A DNA stretch of 64,000 nt. Source: Nitrospirota bacterium. GTDB taxonomy: Bacteria; Nitrospirota; UBA9217. Positions 52,307 to 61,735 of this stretch are shown here, in pieces. The position numbers were made by a program, and so were the translations under genes. Under the pieces are notes generated by a model. It did no database searches. It was not told the DNA's origin and was given only the letters and a program-made list of their open reading frames with translations. How positions within the stretch are numbered: position 1 is the stretch's first letter; the number at the start of each line of letters is the position of its first letter. The stretch spans positions 1,280,001 to 1,344,000 of the forward strand of contig CAWCKW010000012.1 in NCBI GenBank assembly GCA_963796285.1. The letters run 5' to 3'.

Positions 52307-53995
52307 ATGACTTCAATCACCAGACAAACAGGACGGCTTGAGATGCGGGACCTCATGATCCTGACCGTCCTGATCTGCCTCTTCTTTACCTTCATGCTCG
52401 GGAACCGTCCCCTGTCCGTGCCGGACGAAGGCAGGTATGTCGAGATCCCCCGCGAGATGGTGGCCACGGGGAACTATCTTACCCCCCGTTTGAACGGCGT
52501 CAAATACTTTGAAAAACCCGTTTTCTTCTACTGGCTCGAGGCCTTTTCGATCAAACTCTTCGGGCTGAACGAATTTACCCTTCGGCTCTGGCCTGCGCTG
52601 TTCGCGCTCTTCGGCTGCCTTGCCCTTGCCGTTGCCGGCGCGCGCCTGTTCGGACGCCTGACCGGCCTGCTTGGTGCAGCGGTTCTTGCCACGAGCCTCC
52701 TGTATTACGGCCTGAGCCGTGCGATCATCCTCGACATGCCCGTTTCCATTATGCTTACCCTGGCGCTCCTCTCCTTTCTTATGGGCACTCGCGAGGCCCC
52801 GGGGCTGAAACGCAGGCTCTATTTGTGGGGTTTCTACGCCTTTGCCGCGCTGGCGGTACTGACCAAAGGACTGATCGGCATCTTCCTTCCCGGAATGGTG
52901 GTCGGCGCCTGGATCCTGCTCCTGGGTGAATGGCGAATGCTCAAGACTCTATATGTCCCGTCGGGCCTTGCCCTGTTCCTGCTCATCGCAGCGCCGTGGC
53001 ATATCATGGTGGGCAATGCCAACCCCGGGTTTTACCAGTTCTACTTCATCCACGAGCACTTTGAGCGCTTCTTGACCAAGGTACATGGCCGGTACAAACC
53101 GTTCTGGTATTTTATCCCCATCGTGCTGCTGGGGCTGTTTCCCTGGAGCGCCTTTCTTGTTCAAGCGATCAAACATAACCTCCCGTCGACCTGGCGGGAA
53201 CGCCATGAACACCGGGACACGCTGTTTCTGATGCTCTGGGCCGGGCTCGTTTTTCTCTTTTTCTCGGCATCAGACTCGAAACTTGTTCCCTATATCCTGC
53301 CGGTCTTCCCGCCCCTTGCGCTTTTGATCGGACGCTATCTTGCCGCAGCCTGGGACAGCCGGGATTTCCCCGGCCTCCGCACAGGATTCTCGGTCTTCCT
53401 GGTTGCCTCGCTGCTGCTTGCCGCGGCGTTCATTGGCATGCCCTACTACTGGCCCATACCCGCCCAGGCGCATATACTCGGCGTGTACGGATATTCCATT
53501 GCCTTCACACTTGCCATCGGCGGCGCTGTCGCGTGGGTCCTGGCGCGGAAGCTCGTTTTCGGACCGGCCATGATCGCCGTGGCCATCACCTCGGTGCTGT
53601 TTCTCGTACAGGTAAACGCCGCTGCGCCCCGTGTCGATACCAAGTCGGTCAAACAGCTTGCGCTCGAGCTCAAGACCCGCCTCAAACCCGGGGACGAAGT
53701 GGCCAGCTACCAGGAATACTATCAGGACCTTCCGGTGTACCTTGAGCAGCGCATCACGGTGGTGGACTGGGGAGGCGAACTCAATTTCGGTATCAGCTTG
53801 GAAGATACCACGAAGGCGTGGATGACCGATGGCGACACGTTCTGGAAACGCTGGCAGGGACCAGCAACAATGTATGTGCTGACTAGAATGGAGAATTACG
53901 AAGCGCTGAAACAATCGATGCCGCGTCTTCCGTTGTTCCCGATCGCCCAGAACCGAAGGAATATCGTGCTGTCCAATAGAGAGGTCAAACCGTGA
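52307..53995 (+). CDS. arnT: L-Ara4N transferase (GT83/PMT-like)
   Basis: PDEGRY.EI.REM, YFEKP, LTKG, SKLVPYILP; many TM segments. Confidence 0.88.
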   Translation: MTSITRQTGRLEMRDLMILTVLICLFFTFMLGNRPLSVPDEGRYVEIPREMVATGNYLTPRLNGVKYFEKPVFFYWLEAFSIKLFGLNEFTLRLWPALFALFGCLALAVAGARLFGRLTGLLGAAVLATSLLYYGLSRAIILDMPVSIMLTLALLSFLMGTREAPGLKRRLYLWGFYAFAALAVLTKGLIGIFLPGMVVGAWILLLGEWRMLKTLYVPSGLALFLLIAAPWHIMVGNANPGFYQFYFIHEHFERFLTKVHGRYKPFWYFIPIVLLGLFPWSAFLVQAIKHNLPSTWRERHEHRDTLFLMLWAGLVFLFFSASDSKLVPYILPVFPPLALLIGRYLAAAWDSRDFPGLRTGFSVFLVASLLLAAAFIGMPYYWPIPAQAHILGVYGYSIAFTLAIGGAVAWVLARKLVFGPAMIAVAITSVLFLVQVNAAAPRVDTKSVKQLALELKTRLKPGDEVASYQEYYQDLPVYLEQRITVVDWGGELNFGISLEDTTKAWMTDGDTFWKRWQGPATMYVLTRMENYEALKQSMPRLPLFPIAQNRRNIVLSNREVKP

Positions 53996-54357
53996 GCTAT
54001 CTTCCCCTGATCATGCTCGGCGTGCTGCTGAACGCCGCTGCGCAGTTATTCCTCAAAGAGGGAATGCGCAGGATAGGACACTTCGAATTTATCTGGGCCA
54101 ATGCCGTTCCGATCGCCATGCAGGTTGCGGGAAATGTCTTCGTCCTGGGCGGCCTGCTCTGCTATGTCATCAGCGTCGCGGTCTGGCTCCTGGTCCTGTC
54201 GCGGGTCGAAGTGAGCTTCGCCTATCCCCTCTTAAGCGTGGGATATATCGTGAACGCCGTGGCGGGGTACTACCTGTTCCAGGAGAACCTTTCGATCATG
54301 CGCATTACGGGGATCTTGATCATCTGCGTGGGCGTGTATTTTGTGACGAAGAGTTAA
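53992..54357 (+). CDS. EamA/SMR-like flippase subunit (ArnE/ArnF-like)
   Basis: 4 TM, AQLFLK.G, WLLVLSRVEVSFAYP. Confidence 0.85.
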   Translation: MSYLPLIMLGVLLNAAAQLFLKEGMRRIGHFEFIWANAVPIAMQVAGNVFVLGGLLCYVISVAVWLLVLSRVEVSFAYPLLSVGYIVNAVAGYYLFQENLSIMRITGILIICVGVYFVTKS

Positions 54358-54374
54358 CGAAGAGTTAACAGATA

Positions 54375-54483
54375 GTCTCACGTCTCAAAGTTTAAAGTCT
54401 CAAGTTAGTTACGAACCTACGACCTAAGACTTGAAACTAAACTTGAAACCTGAGACTTGAAACTTGAACTTGTAACTTTGTAA
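54375..54483. repeat. Inverted heptamer arrays
   Basis: GTCTCAC/GTCTCAA/GTTTAAA/GTCTCAA versus ACTTGAA/CCTGAGA/CTTGAAA/CTTGAAC. Confidence 0.7.
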
Positions 54484-54500
54484 TTCGTAAAGGATAACCA

Positions 54501-55664
54501 ATGTCGAACGAAGAATTTTTGCCCTTCTCACGGCCATCCATCAGCCAGGCTGCCATCGATGAAGTGGTGACGTGCCTGAAATCGGGTTGGATCACCACCG
54601 GGCCACGGGTCAAGCAGTTCGAGGCGGATCTGAAATCTTACCTCGGCGCTCCGCACGTGCTTGCGCTCACGTCGGCCACGGCGGGCCTGCACCTCGTGCT
54701 TGTTGCACTGAACCTGACACCGGGGGACGAAGTGATCACCACTCCCATGACCTTTGCCGCGACTTTGAACACTATCGTGCTCGCCGGCGGTAAACCGGTC
54801 CTCGTGGACGTGGAGCCCGGCACCTACAACATGGATGTGACAAAGATAGAGAAAGCGATCACGAAGCGCACGCGCGCCATCATGCCGGTGCACTTTGCGG
54901 GACTGCCCGTTGACCTCGATCCGCTCTACGCGATCGCGAAAAAGCACAACCTGCGCGTGATCGAGGACGCGGCGCACGCCATCGGCACGGAGTATAAGGG
55001 CAGGCGCATCGGCAGCTTCGGCGATGTCCAGGTCTTCAGCTTCCACCCCAACAAGAACATGACCACCGGCGAGGGCGGGTGCGTAGCAACGCGGGACGAG
55101 AAACTTGCCTCCGATGTAGCGCTTCTGCGCTTCCACGGCATGGACCGTGAGGCATGGAACCGCTTCGGCAAAAAAGGCACCCAGCACTACGAGATCATTA
55201 CGCCGGGGTACAAGTATAACATGATGGACATCCAGGCCGCGCTCGGCCTGCACCAGCTCAAGCAGCTCGAAGGCTTTATCAAGCGACGTACCACGATCGC
55301 CCTGCGCTATCAAGAGGCCCTTGCGGACTGGCCGCAGTGGACCCTGACCAGGGCGCCTGCGTATCCGCATCTTCATGCGTGGCACCTGTATACGCCGCTC
55401 ATTAATCCCGATGTCGCGAAGATGGACCGCGACGCCTTCATGGAGGGCATGAAAGAGCGCAATATCGGCACGGGCCTGCACTATCAGGCCGTGCACCTCT
55501 ATCCTTACTACCGTGAGCACTTCGGCTTCAAGCGCGGCGATTTTCCGAATGCCGAAACAATTTCAGACCGCATCGTTAGCCTGCCGCTCTTCCCGGCCAT
55601 GACCGATGCGGACCAGGACCGCGTGATCAAGGCCATGGCAGATCTGTTCGGGAGGAAAGATTAA
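54501..55664 (+). CDS. arnB: UDP-Ara4O aminotransferase (DegT/DnrJ family)
   Basis: FLPFSRP, SGWITTGP, IEDAAHA, SFHPNKNMTTGEGG. Confidence 0.88.
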   Translation: MSNEEFLPFSRPSISQAAIDEVVTCLKSGWITTGPRVKQFEADLKSYLGAPHVLALTSATAGLHLVLVALNLTPGDEVITTPMTFAATLNTIVLAGGKPVLVDVEPGTYNMDVTKIEKAITKRTRAIMPVHFAGLPVDLDPLYAIAKKHNLRVIEDAAHAIGTEYKGRRIGSFGDVQVFSFHPNKNMTTGEGGCVATRDEKLASDVALLRFHGMDREAWNRFGKKGTQHYEIITPGYKYNMMDIQAALGLHQLKQLEGFIKRRTTIALRYQEALADWPQWTLTRAPAYPHLHAWHLYTPLINPDVAKMDRDAFMEGMKERNIGTGLHYQAVHLYPYYREHFGFKRGDFPNAETISDRIVSLPLFPAMTDADQDRVIKAMADLFGRKD

Positions 55665-55671
55665 GTCGTCA

Positions 55672-55753
55672 TCACGAATAACACGAATGGTCGAATTGCA
55701 CGAAGCAAAACTTAGACCTTTTCGTGAAATTCGTATCTTCGTGCAATTCGTGT
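55672..55753. repeat. Inverted-arm element, CACGAA variant
   Basis: TCACGAATAACACGAATGGTCGAATTGCACGAA ... TTCGTGAAATTCGTATCTTCGTGCAATTCGTGT. Confidence 0.8.
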
Positions 55754-55795
55754 TAACGCTTTGCTTTGGCTTATTCAGTTGAGGAGAAGCAGTCC

Positions 55796-56738
55796 ATGGT
55801 AAAACCATATGTCAGCATCGTGATCCCGGTTTACAATGAGCAGGAGAACCTCGAAGCGCTTTACTCGCGCCTGATCGCCGTCATGGACAAGATCGGGAAA
55901 CCCTTTGAGATCCTGTTCACAAACGACGGCAGTCGCGACCACTCCGGTGCGATGCTGAAGGAATTTCACCACCGCCGTCCGAAAGAGGTGCGCGTCATCG
56001 ACTTTAACGGGAACTTCGGCCAGCACATGGCCATCATGGCCGCCTTCGAGCGGGTGCGCGGCGATGTCGTCGTGACGCTCGATGCAGACCTCCAGAACCC
56101 GCCCGAAGAGATCCCCAAGCTGCTCGCCGCGATCGAGGCGGGCCACGATGTGGTAGGCGGCTATCGTAAAGATCGGAAGGACACCTTCTTTCGGAAATAT
56201 GCTTCAAAGATGATCAACGGCATCCGCGCCAGGATAACGAACATCCGCATGAAGGACCAGGGGTGCATGCTTCGCGCGTACCGGAAGAACATCGTGGAAA
56301 GCATCATTGCAAGCGGCGAGACCTCGACCTTCATTCCTGCCCTCGCGTACAGCTTTGCAGCCAACCCTGCCGAGGTGGAGGTCGAGCACGCGGCGCGCAC
56401 AGCGGGAGAATCAAAGTACCGGCTCTATGACCTGATCCGGTCTGAACTTCGATCTCATGACCGGGTTCTCCGTCGTACCGCTCCAGATGTTCACGCTCTT
56501 CGGCATGGTCGTGTCATGCCTGAGCATTCTGTTCGTGATCTACCTGTTCATCCGTCGTCTGATGATCGGTCCCGAGGCCGAGGGTCTGTTCACCCTCTTT
56601 GCGATCCTCTACTTCCTCGTGGGCGTCGGCATCATGGGCCTCGGCATTATCGGCGAATACATCGGCCGAATCTATAAGGAAGTGAGGCGCAGACCGCGGT
56701 TCGTGATCCGCGAAGTCTACGAAAAGCTCAATGACTAA
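55796..56738 (+). CDS. arnC: Undecaprenyl-phosphate Ara4FN transferase (GT2); frameshift near 56440
   Basis: IPVYNE, NDGS, NFGQH.A, DADLQNPPEEI, D.GCMLRAY, GEYIGRIY. Confidence 0.88.
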
Positions 56739-57632
56739 ACCCGCACTACTCGTTTTCGCGTACCACGATGTCGGCTATGAATGCCTGGATGCCCTGATCC
56801 AGAACGACGAGTACATTCTCGCCGTCATCACCCACAAGGACAATCCGGAGGAGGAGATCTGGTTTCGGTCCGTGGCGAAGCTGGCCAAGAAGTACGATAT
56901 CCCCGTGCATACGCCCGAGTCGATGAACACGCCCGACTGGATCGAGCGGATACGTTCATGGGCGCCGGACCTCATTCTTCTCGTTCTACTACCGCAACAT
57001 GATACATGAGGAGATCCTGAAGATCCCGCGCCTCGGCGCCTTCAACATGCACGGTTCACTCCTCCCGAAGTACCGCGGCCGCGTACCGATCAACTGGGCC
57101 ATACTGCACGGAGAAAAAACAACCGGCGTGACGCTTCATCACATGGTCAAGCGCGCCGACGCCGGAGACATCGTTGATCAGGAGGCGGTACCCATCGGTC
57201 CTGATGACACGGCACAGGAGGTGTTCAGCAAGTGCGTAACGGCGGCGCGCCTCGTACTCCTGCGCCAGATCGAAGCGCTGACCACGGGGACAGCCCCGCG
57301 GCGCGCACAGGACGAATCGCAGGCGACCTATTTCGGCGGCAGGAAACCCGAGGACGGACAGATCGACTGGACTCAGAGCGCGGAAAATATATATAACCTC
57401 ATTCGCGCCGTGACCCAACCTTATCCCGGGGCCTTCACGCAGGTGGATGGGAGCAAGCTGTTCATCTGGTGGGCAAAGCCGCTCAAGGAATCCGAGCGGC
57501 GCGCCGGGACAGGTCATCTCAACCGATCCTCTGATCATCGCGACTGGTGCCGGAAGCCTTGAGATCGTGAACTATGAGTGGGAGGATGAAGAAGAGCGCG
57601 AATTGAAAGCGGGCCAGGTACTGGGTACCTAG
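56731..57632 (+). CDS. Formyltransferase (stand-alone ArnA N-terminal half); frameshifts near 56980 and 57500
   Basis: VFAYHDVG, NMHGSLLPKYRGR.P, DAGDI, RAVT.PYPGA. Confidence 0.88.
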
Positions 57633-57697
57633 TTCCGCTACCGGCAGCCAATACTTATCCACACCTGACCCGGACAAGTTGGAACCCTAATCTTTTA

Positions 57698-57782
57698 ACA
57701 CGAATTTCACGAATGATCCGAAGGCCACGAAGAGAAAATTCTTGCTTTATTCGTGTAATTCGTCCATTCGTGCCATTCGTGA
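57698..57782. repeat. Inverted-arm element, CACGAA variant
   Basis: ACACGAATTTCACGAATGATCCGAAGGCCACGAA ... TTCGTGTAATTCGTCCATTCGTGCCATTCGTGA. Confidence 0.8.
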
Positions 57783-57893
57783 TAACGTTTGCGTGATGTT
57801 CTTATCACTTTAGAATAATTTGATTCATAACCACCTGACTTCCCATCACTGGGGAGGCAAGCACTACATGAACAGAAAAGAATGGAGCAAATC

Positions 57894-58934
57894 ATGAGCC
57901 TCAAGATATTGATCCTCGGCGTAAACGGTTTTATTGGAAGCAGCTTGACCGAACACATCCTGAACAACAGGGACTGGGAAGTCTACGGCATGGACATGGC
58001 CGCGGACAAGATTGATCAGTGCCTGGGGCATGATCGATTTCATTTTGTCGAAGGCGATATCACGATCAACAAAGAATGGATCGAGTATCATGTAAAGAAA
58101 TGTGACGTCGTATTGCCCCTCGTGGCCATTGCGACGCCGGCGACCTACGTGATCGATCCGTTGCGCGTGTTCGAGCTGGATTTTGAGGCCAACCTGGACA
58201 TCGTGCGCAAATGCGTGCGCTATAAAAAGCGGGTCCTCTTCCCGTCCACGTCGGAAGTGTATGGCATGAGCACGGACAGGGAATTCGATGAAGAGACCTC
58301 GAACTTCGTACTCGGTCCCATCAACAAGCAGCGCTGGATCTATGCCTGTTCCAAACAGCTCATGGACCGGGTCATCCACGCCTACGGCATGAAGCAAGGG
58401 CTCACGTATACGCTCTTCCGGCCCTTCAACTGGGTCGGTCCCAAGCTCGACAACATCCTTGAACCCAAGGAGGGCAGCTCGCGCGTGCTCACCCAATTCA
58501 TCGGCAACATCCTGCGCAGCAGGGACATCCAGCTTGTGGACGGCGGCCTGCAGCGCCGCAGCTTCACCTATATCGACGACGGGATCGACGCCCTGATCCG
58601 CATCATCGAGAACAAGGACCATGCGGCCGACAGCCGCATCTTCAACATCGGGAATCCGAAAAACGACATATCCATCAGGGAGCTTGCTGAAACACTGATC
58701 GAGCTCATCAAGACCTACCCGAAATACGCAACACTCGCCGAAAAAGTAAAGCTCGTCACGATCAAATCAGGTGCATATTACGGTGATGGCTATCAGGACA
58801 TCCAGACCCGTGTGCCATCCATCAAGAACGCGGAGACATATCTGGGCTGGAAACCGACCACGGACCTGAAGACGGCGCTCCGGAAAACCCTGGACTATCA
58901 CCTCGGCAGGCCATCGAGCGAGCTGAGCGAATAG
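57894..58934 (+). CDS. arnA: UDP-glucuronate oxidative decarboxylase (stand-alone ArnA C-terminal half)
   Basis: [47 protein letters not shown]. Confidence 0.92.
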   Translation: MSLKILILGVNGFIGSSLTEHILNNRDWEVYGMDMAADKIDQCLGHDRFHFVEGDITINKEWIEYHVKKCDVVLPLVAIATPATYVIDPLRVFELDFEANLDIVRKCVRYKKRVLFPSTSEVYGMSTDREFDEETSNFVLGPINKQRWIYACSKQLMDRVIHAYGMKQGLTYTLFRPFNWVGPKLDNILEPKEGSSRVLTQFIGNILRSRDIQLVDGGLQRRSFTYIDDGIDALIRIIENKDHAADSRIFNIGNPKNDISIRELAETLIELIKTYPKYATLAEKVKLVTIKSGAYYGDGYQDIQTRVPSIKNAETYLGWKPTTDLKTALRKTLDYHLGRPSSELSE

Positions 58935-58977
58935 TCGTTCCCCTCACCTGACCGTAGAATCAGGCAAATACCTTTGC

Positions 58978-59058
58978 ACCGCGAAGGCGAGAACGAGTGC
59001 GAAGGGTTAACGTCAAATTAATTGAGGCTTTTCTTCGCAACCGTTGCGACTTTTCGGT
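58978..59058. repeat. Inverted-arm element, CGCGAAG variant (degenerate)
   Basis: ACCGCGAAGGCGAGAACGAGTGCGAAG ... CTTCGCAACCGTTGCGACTTTTCGGT. Confidence 0.6.
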
Positions 59059-59095
59059 AAATTTTGTTCGTTTTTTAGAGATATCCGAACGCGAT

Positions 59096-59999
59096 ATGAC
59101 CACTCCCCTTCTCGCCATCAAGATCGACGTCGACACCGACCGGGGCACGCGCATCGGCGTGCCGAATCTCCTTGACCTCTTTGACGAGTTCAACATCAAG
59201 GCCACGTTCCTCTTCTCCCTCGGCCCCGACAACACCGGCCGCGCGATCAAGCGCATCTTTCGTCCCGGGTTCCTGAGCAAGGTCAGCCGCACCAGCGTGG
59301 TTTCCACCTACGGCACTCCGCACGCTTCTGAACGGCGTGCTTCTGCCTGGTCCGCACGTCGGCCGCCGGAACGAAGGCGTCATGCGCCTTGCGCGCGACA
59401 GGGGTCATGAGGTCGGCATCCATTGCTACGACCATATCCGCTGGCAGGACGGCCTCGCGAAAATGACCCGCGATGAGGTGTACGAGGAGTTCGGCAAGGC
59501 CCGGAAGGAATTCGAACGGATCTTCGGGGAGCCGGCAAAGACCGCGGGCGCCGCAGGGTGGCAGGCAAACAGCTTCAGTCTTGCAGCCTACGACGACGCA
59601 CAGCTTCTTTACGCAAGCGACGCGCGTGGTACGCATCCATTCATCCCCCGCTGTGGCGGAACGGTATACAAGACACTCCAGATACCGACCACGCTTCCGA
59701 CGCTGGATGAACTGCTCGGCAGGCCTGAATATCCCGAGGAACGCATCGCAGAGTATTACCTTTCGCTACTGGTGCCGAACAAATTGAACGTCCTCACCAT
59801 CCACGCCGAGCTCGAAGGCATGAGGCAGATCACCCTGTTCAGGTCTTTGCTCGAACAGGTCCGGGAACGCCAGATACAAGTCAAAAAACTCGATGACCTT
59901 GCCGTCAACCTTCTTAAAAACCCATCTTCCATACCCATGTGCGACCTTATCTCCGGCACGGTTGACGGAAGAAGCGGCACGCTGGCTGTGCAGGCATAG
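59096..59999 (+). CDS. arnD: Undecaprenyl-P-Ara4FN deformylase; frameshift near 59315
   Basis: KIDVDT..GT..GVP, FSLGPDNTGR, HEVGIH..DH..WQ, PTTLPTLDE, TIHAELEG. Confidence 0.9.
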
Positions 60000-60437
60000 T
60001 GATGCCCGTTCACCTGATCAGCTGTCAAGCCGCATGCAGTTTCTAAGCAGAGCATCAAGCCATAGCGAACTGAATATTATTATTTGTAACATTGAGTTTG
60101 TGATATAGTTCGTCTTGCAATGACTTCTTCCTGAAGTTGATAATTGCCATTATTCGTAACACATCAAGTATCATCCAATAACTGTTAACATCTGCCCGTA
60201 ATACACCTGCTTGATCTCGTTGACATATCACAACAGAAAGCATATATTCGTGGCATAATGTAACAATAATAACAATCGGCAAATCTGACTACCTGACTAT
60301 GCACTCATTTTGCGTTGCTCAGTAGGGGGTCTACTCAATAATTGGTTAGACAATTTGTTTTACCGCTAACATCTGCTTCAGTATTCCTGAGAAGTGTTAC
60401 CGCATATCTTAAATTGGAATTACTGTGAGGTGAGTAA

Positions 60438-61140
60438 ATGGGAGAGAGCCCTTCAGAAAGTGCCTGGGAAGTGACAGCTGCGCGTTACGTTGCGTATTTT
60501 GACATTATGGGTTTTAAAGACATGGTATTACGCATATCCCATAATGAAATATACGAAATGATGAAAAAAATCGGCATAAGAATAAAAGCTCCACAAAAGT
60601 ATACAATGGCAAGGCTTACCCAAAGAACTTATAAAAACTACTAGCTATTCTGACAGCATCATTATTTATTCAAAAGATAATAGTGATGATTCAAAATACG
60701 CATTATTCGCTACAGTTGCCGGATTAACTAATGATTTGCTTAGCGAAGCCATTCCTCATAAGGGAGCCGTTGCTTTCGGGATGATGACATTAGATTCGGA
60801 TATTTCAATTTTTTTTGGCCAGCCGTTAATTGATGCTTATCTTTTACAAGAAGAATTAAACTTTTATGGAGTTGTTGTTCACGCTACCGCTGAGCAAGAA
60901 GTTGAGAAGAGCAAGGGTGGATTGGTACCATTTTATGCAAGCTACGATTGTCAATTTAAAAAAGGGCATTCAACTCATATGGTAATCGCTCCGGGCTTTG
61001 TGGTTGCAAGTACACCAGAATACCAGCCGTATTGTGATAAACTTTTCGCATCATTTAAACAATTGCGATTCAAAACCTCAGGACACCTTAGAACGTACAT
61101 AGATAATACCGAATTGTATACTCACTACTATAAAGAATAA
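60438..61140 (+). CDS. Hypothetical protein with nucleotidyl-cyclase-like motifs; frameshift near 60600-60640
   Basis: YVAYFDIMGF ... YSDSIIIY ... HKGAVAFG ... FGQPLIDAYLLQE; low GC; GAGGTG RBS. Confidence 0.6.
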
Positions 61141-61196
61141 ATTTAAAATCACGTAAAGATCTTGCAGCAATACCAAGGAATACTTTCCGAAAAATA

Positions 61197-61251
61197 TATA
61201 AACAATCGTTCCAGGACGAGCGCTACGCGGTATGTGAACTCGTCGTTATGT
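61197..61251 (+). mobile_element. Degenerate attC-like site
   Basis: TATAAAC-AATCGTTCCA...GCGCTACGCG...TGAACTCGTC-GTTATGT. Confidence 0.4.
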
Positions 61252-61584
61252 GCAAGTTATTACCAGTATTTGACAATTGTTTTCGTTGACTGAAATTACA
61301 CTGTAGTAGGTGTTCATAACAGGGCTTTGATCTGATAGAGTCGAAGAATATCGTTTGAAACATGCAGTGCGTGATTCTTCCTGTACTAAACAACAGTTGC
61401 ATCTTTTGGAAAGTGCAGTTTTTTCATCTAGAAGTTGTTAGCGCATGCCTCATAACTTTCCTTTTTATTTTGTTGTTTTCCTTCTTGGCAACTGATGAAT
61501 AATCAACCAGAACTCATTAGTGTATACCATTAAAATACCCAATCGGCTTGACAAATCCTCATGTCTGTGCTTGTATCTAAGTAG

Positions 61585-61667
61585 TTCTCGATAAAGCCAA
61601 ACCCTTCGCGAGAGGGGGACGGAAAACAACGGGTCTTAGAAATCCAAGACGGCCGAGCTACCGAAGG
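61585..61667 (+). ncRNA. Cyclic di-GMP-I (GEMM) riboswitch aptamer
   Basis: CC-AAA-CCCTTC-GCGA-GAGGGG-GAC-GG-AAA P2 with GNRA loop, GGTCTT...AAGAC..CC P3, 3' GCTACCGA; upstream of a lipoprotein gene. Confidence 0.9.
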
Positions 61668-61696
61668 ATGTTATATGAGGTAGGTTCGGCTTTTTT
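61652..61696 (+). terminator. Riboswitch-controlled intrinsic terminator
   Basis: GCCGAGCTACC (61652-61662) pairs with GGTAGGTTCGGC (61679-61690), followed by TTTTTT. Confidence 0.75.
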
Positions 61697-61735
61697 ATTT
61701 GGATCCTGGCGGTCTAAATAAAAAAGGAGGAAGAT

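Noticed and set aside
15669-58622. Numerous long antisense or alternate-frame ORFs over GC-rich genes
   Set aside because: Expected from high GC3 codon bias; no motifs.
12860-59999. Many frameshifts (lpoA-like, M50, trpS, deacetylase, gspF, ATPase, gpsA, kinase, rsmI, arn genes) as programmed frameshifting or pseudogenisation
   Set aside because: They hit essential genes, lack consistent slippery sites and come without other decay; sequencing indels are the simplest explanation.
60000-60340. AT-rich stretch with ORF 60055..60282
   Set aside because: No recognisable coding signal; likely remnant DNA.
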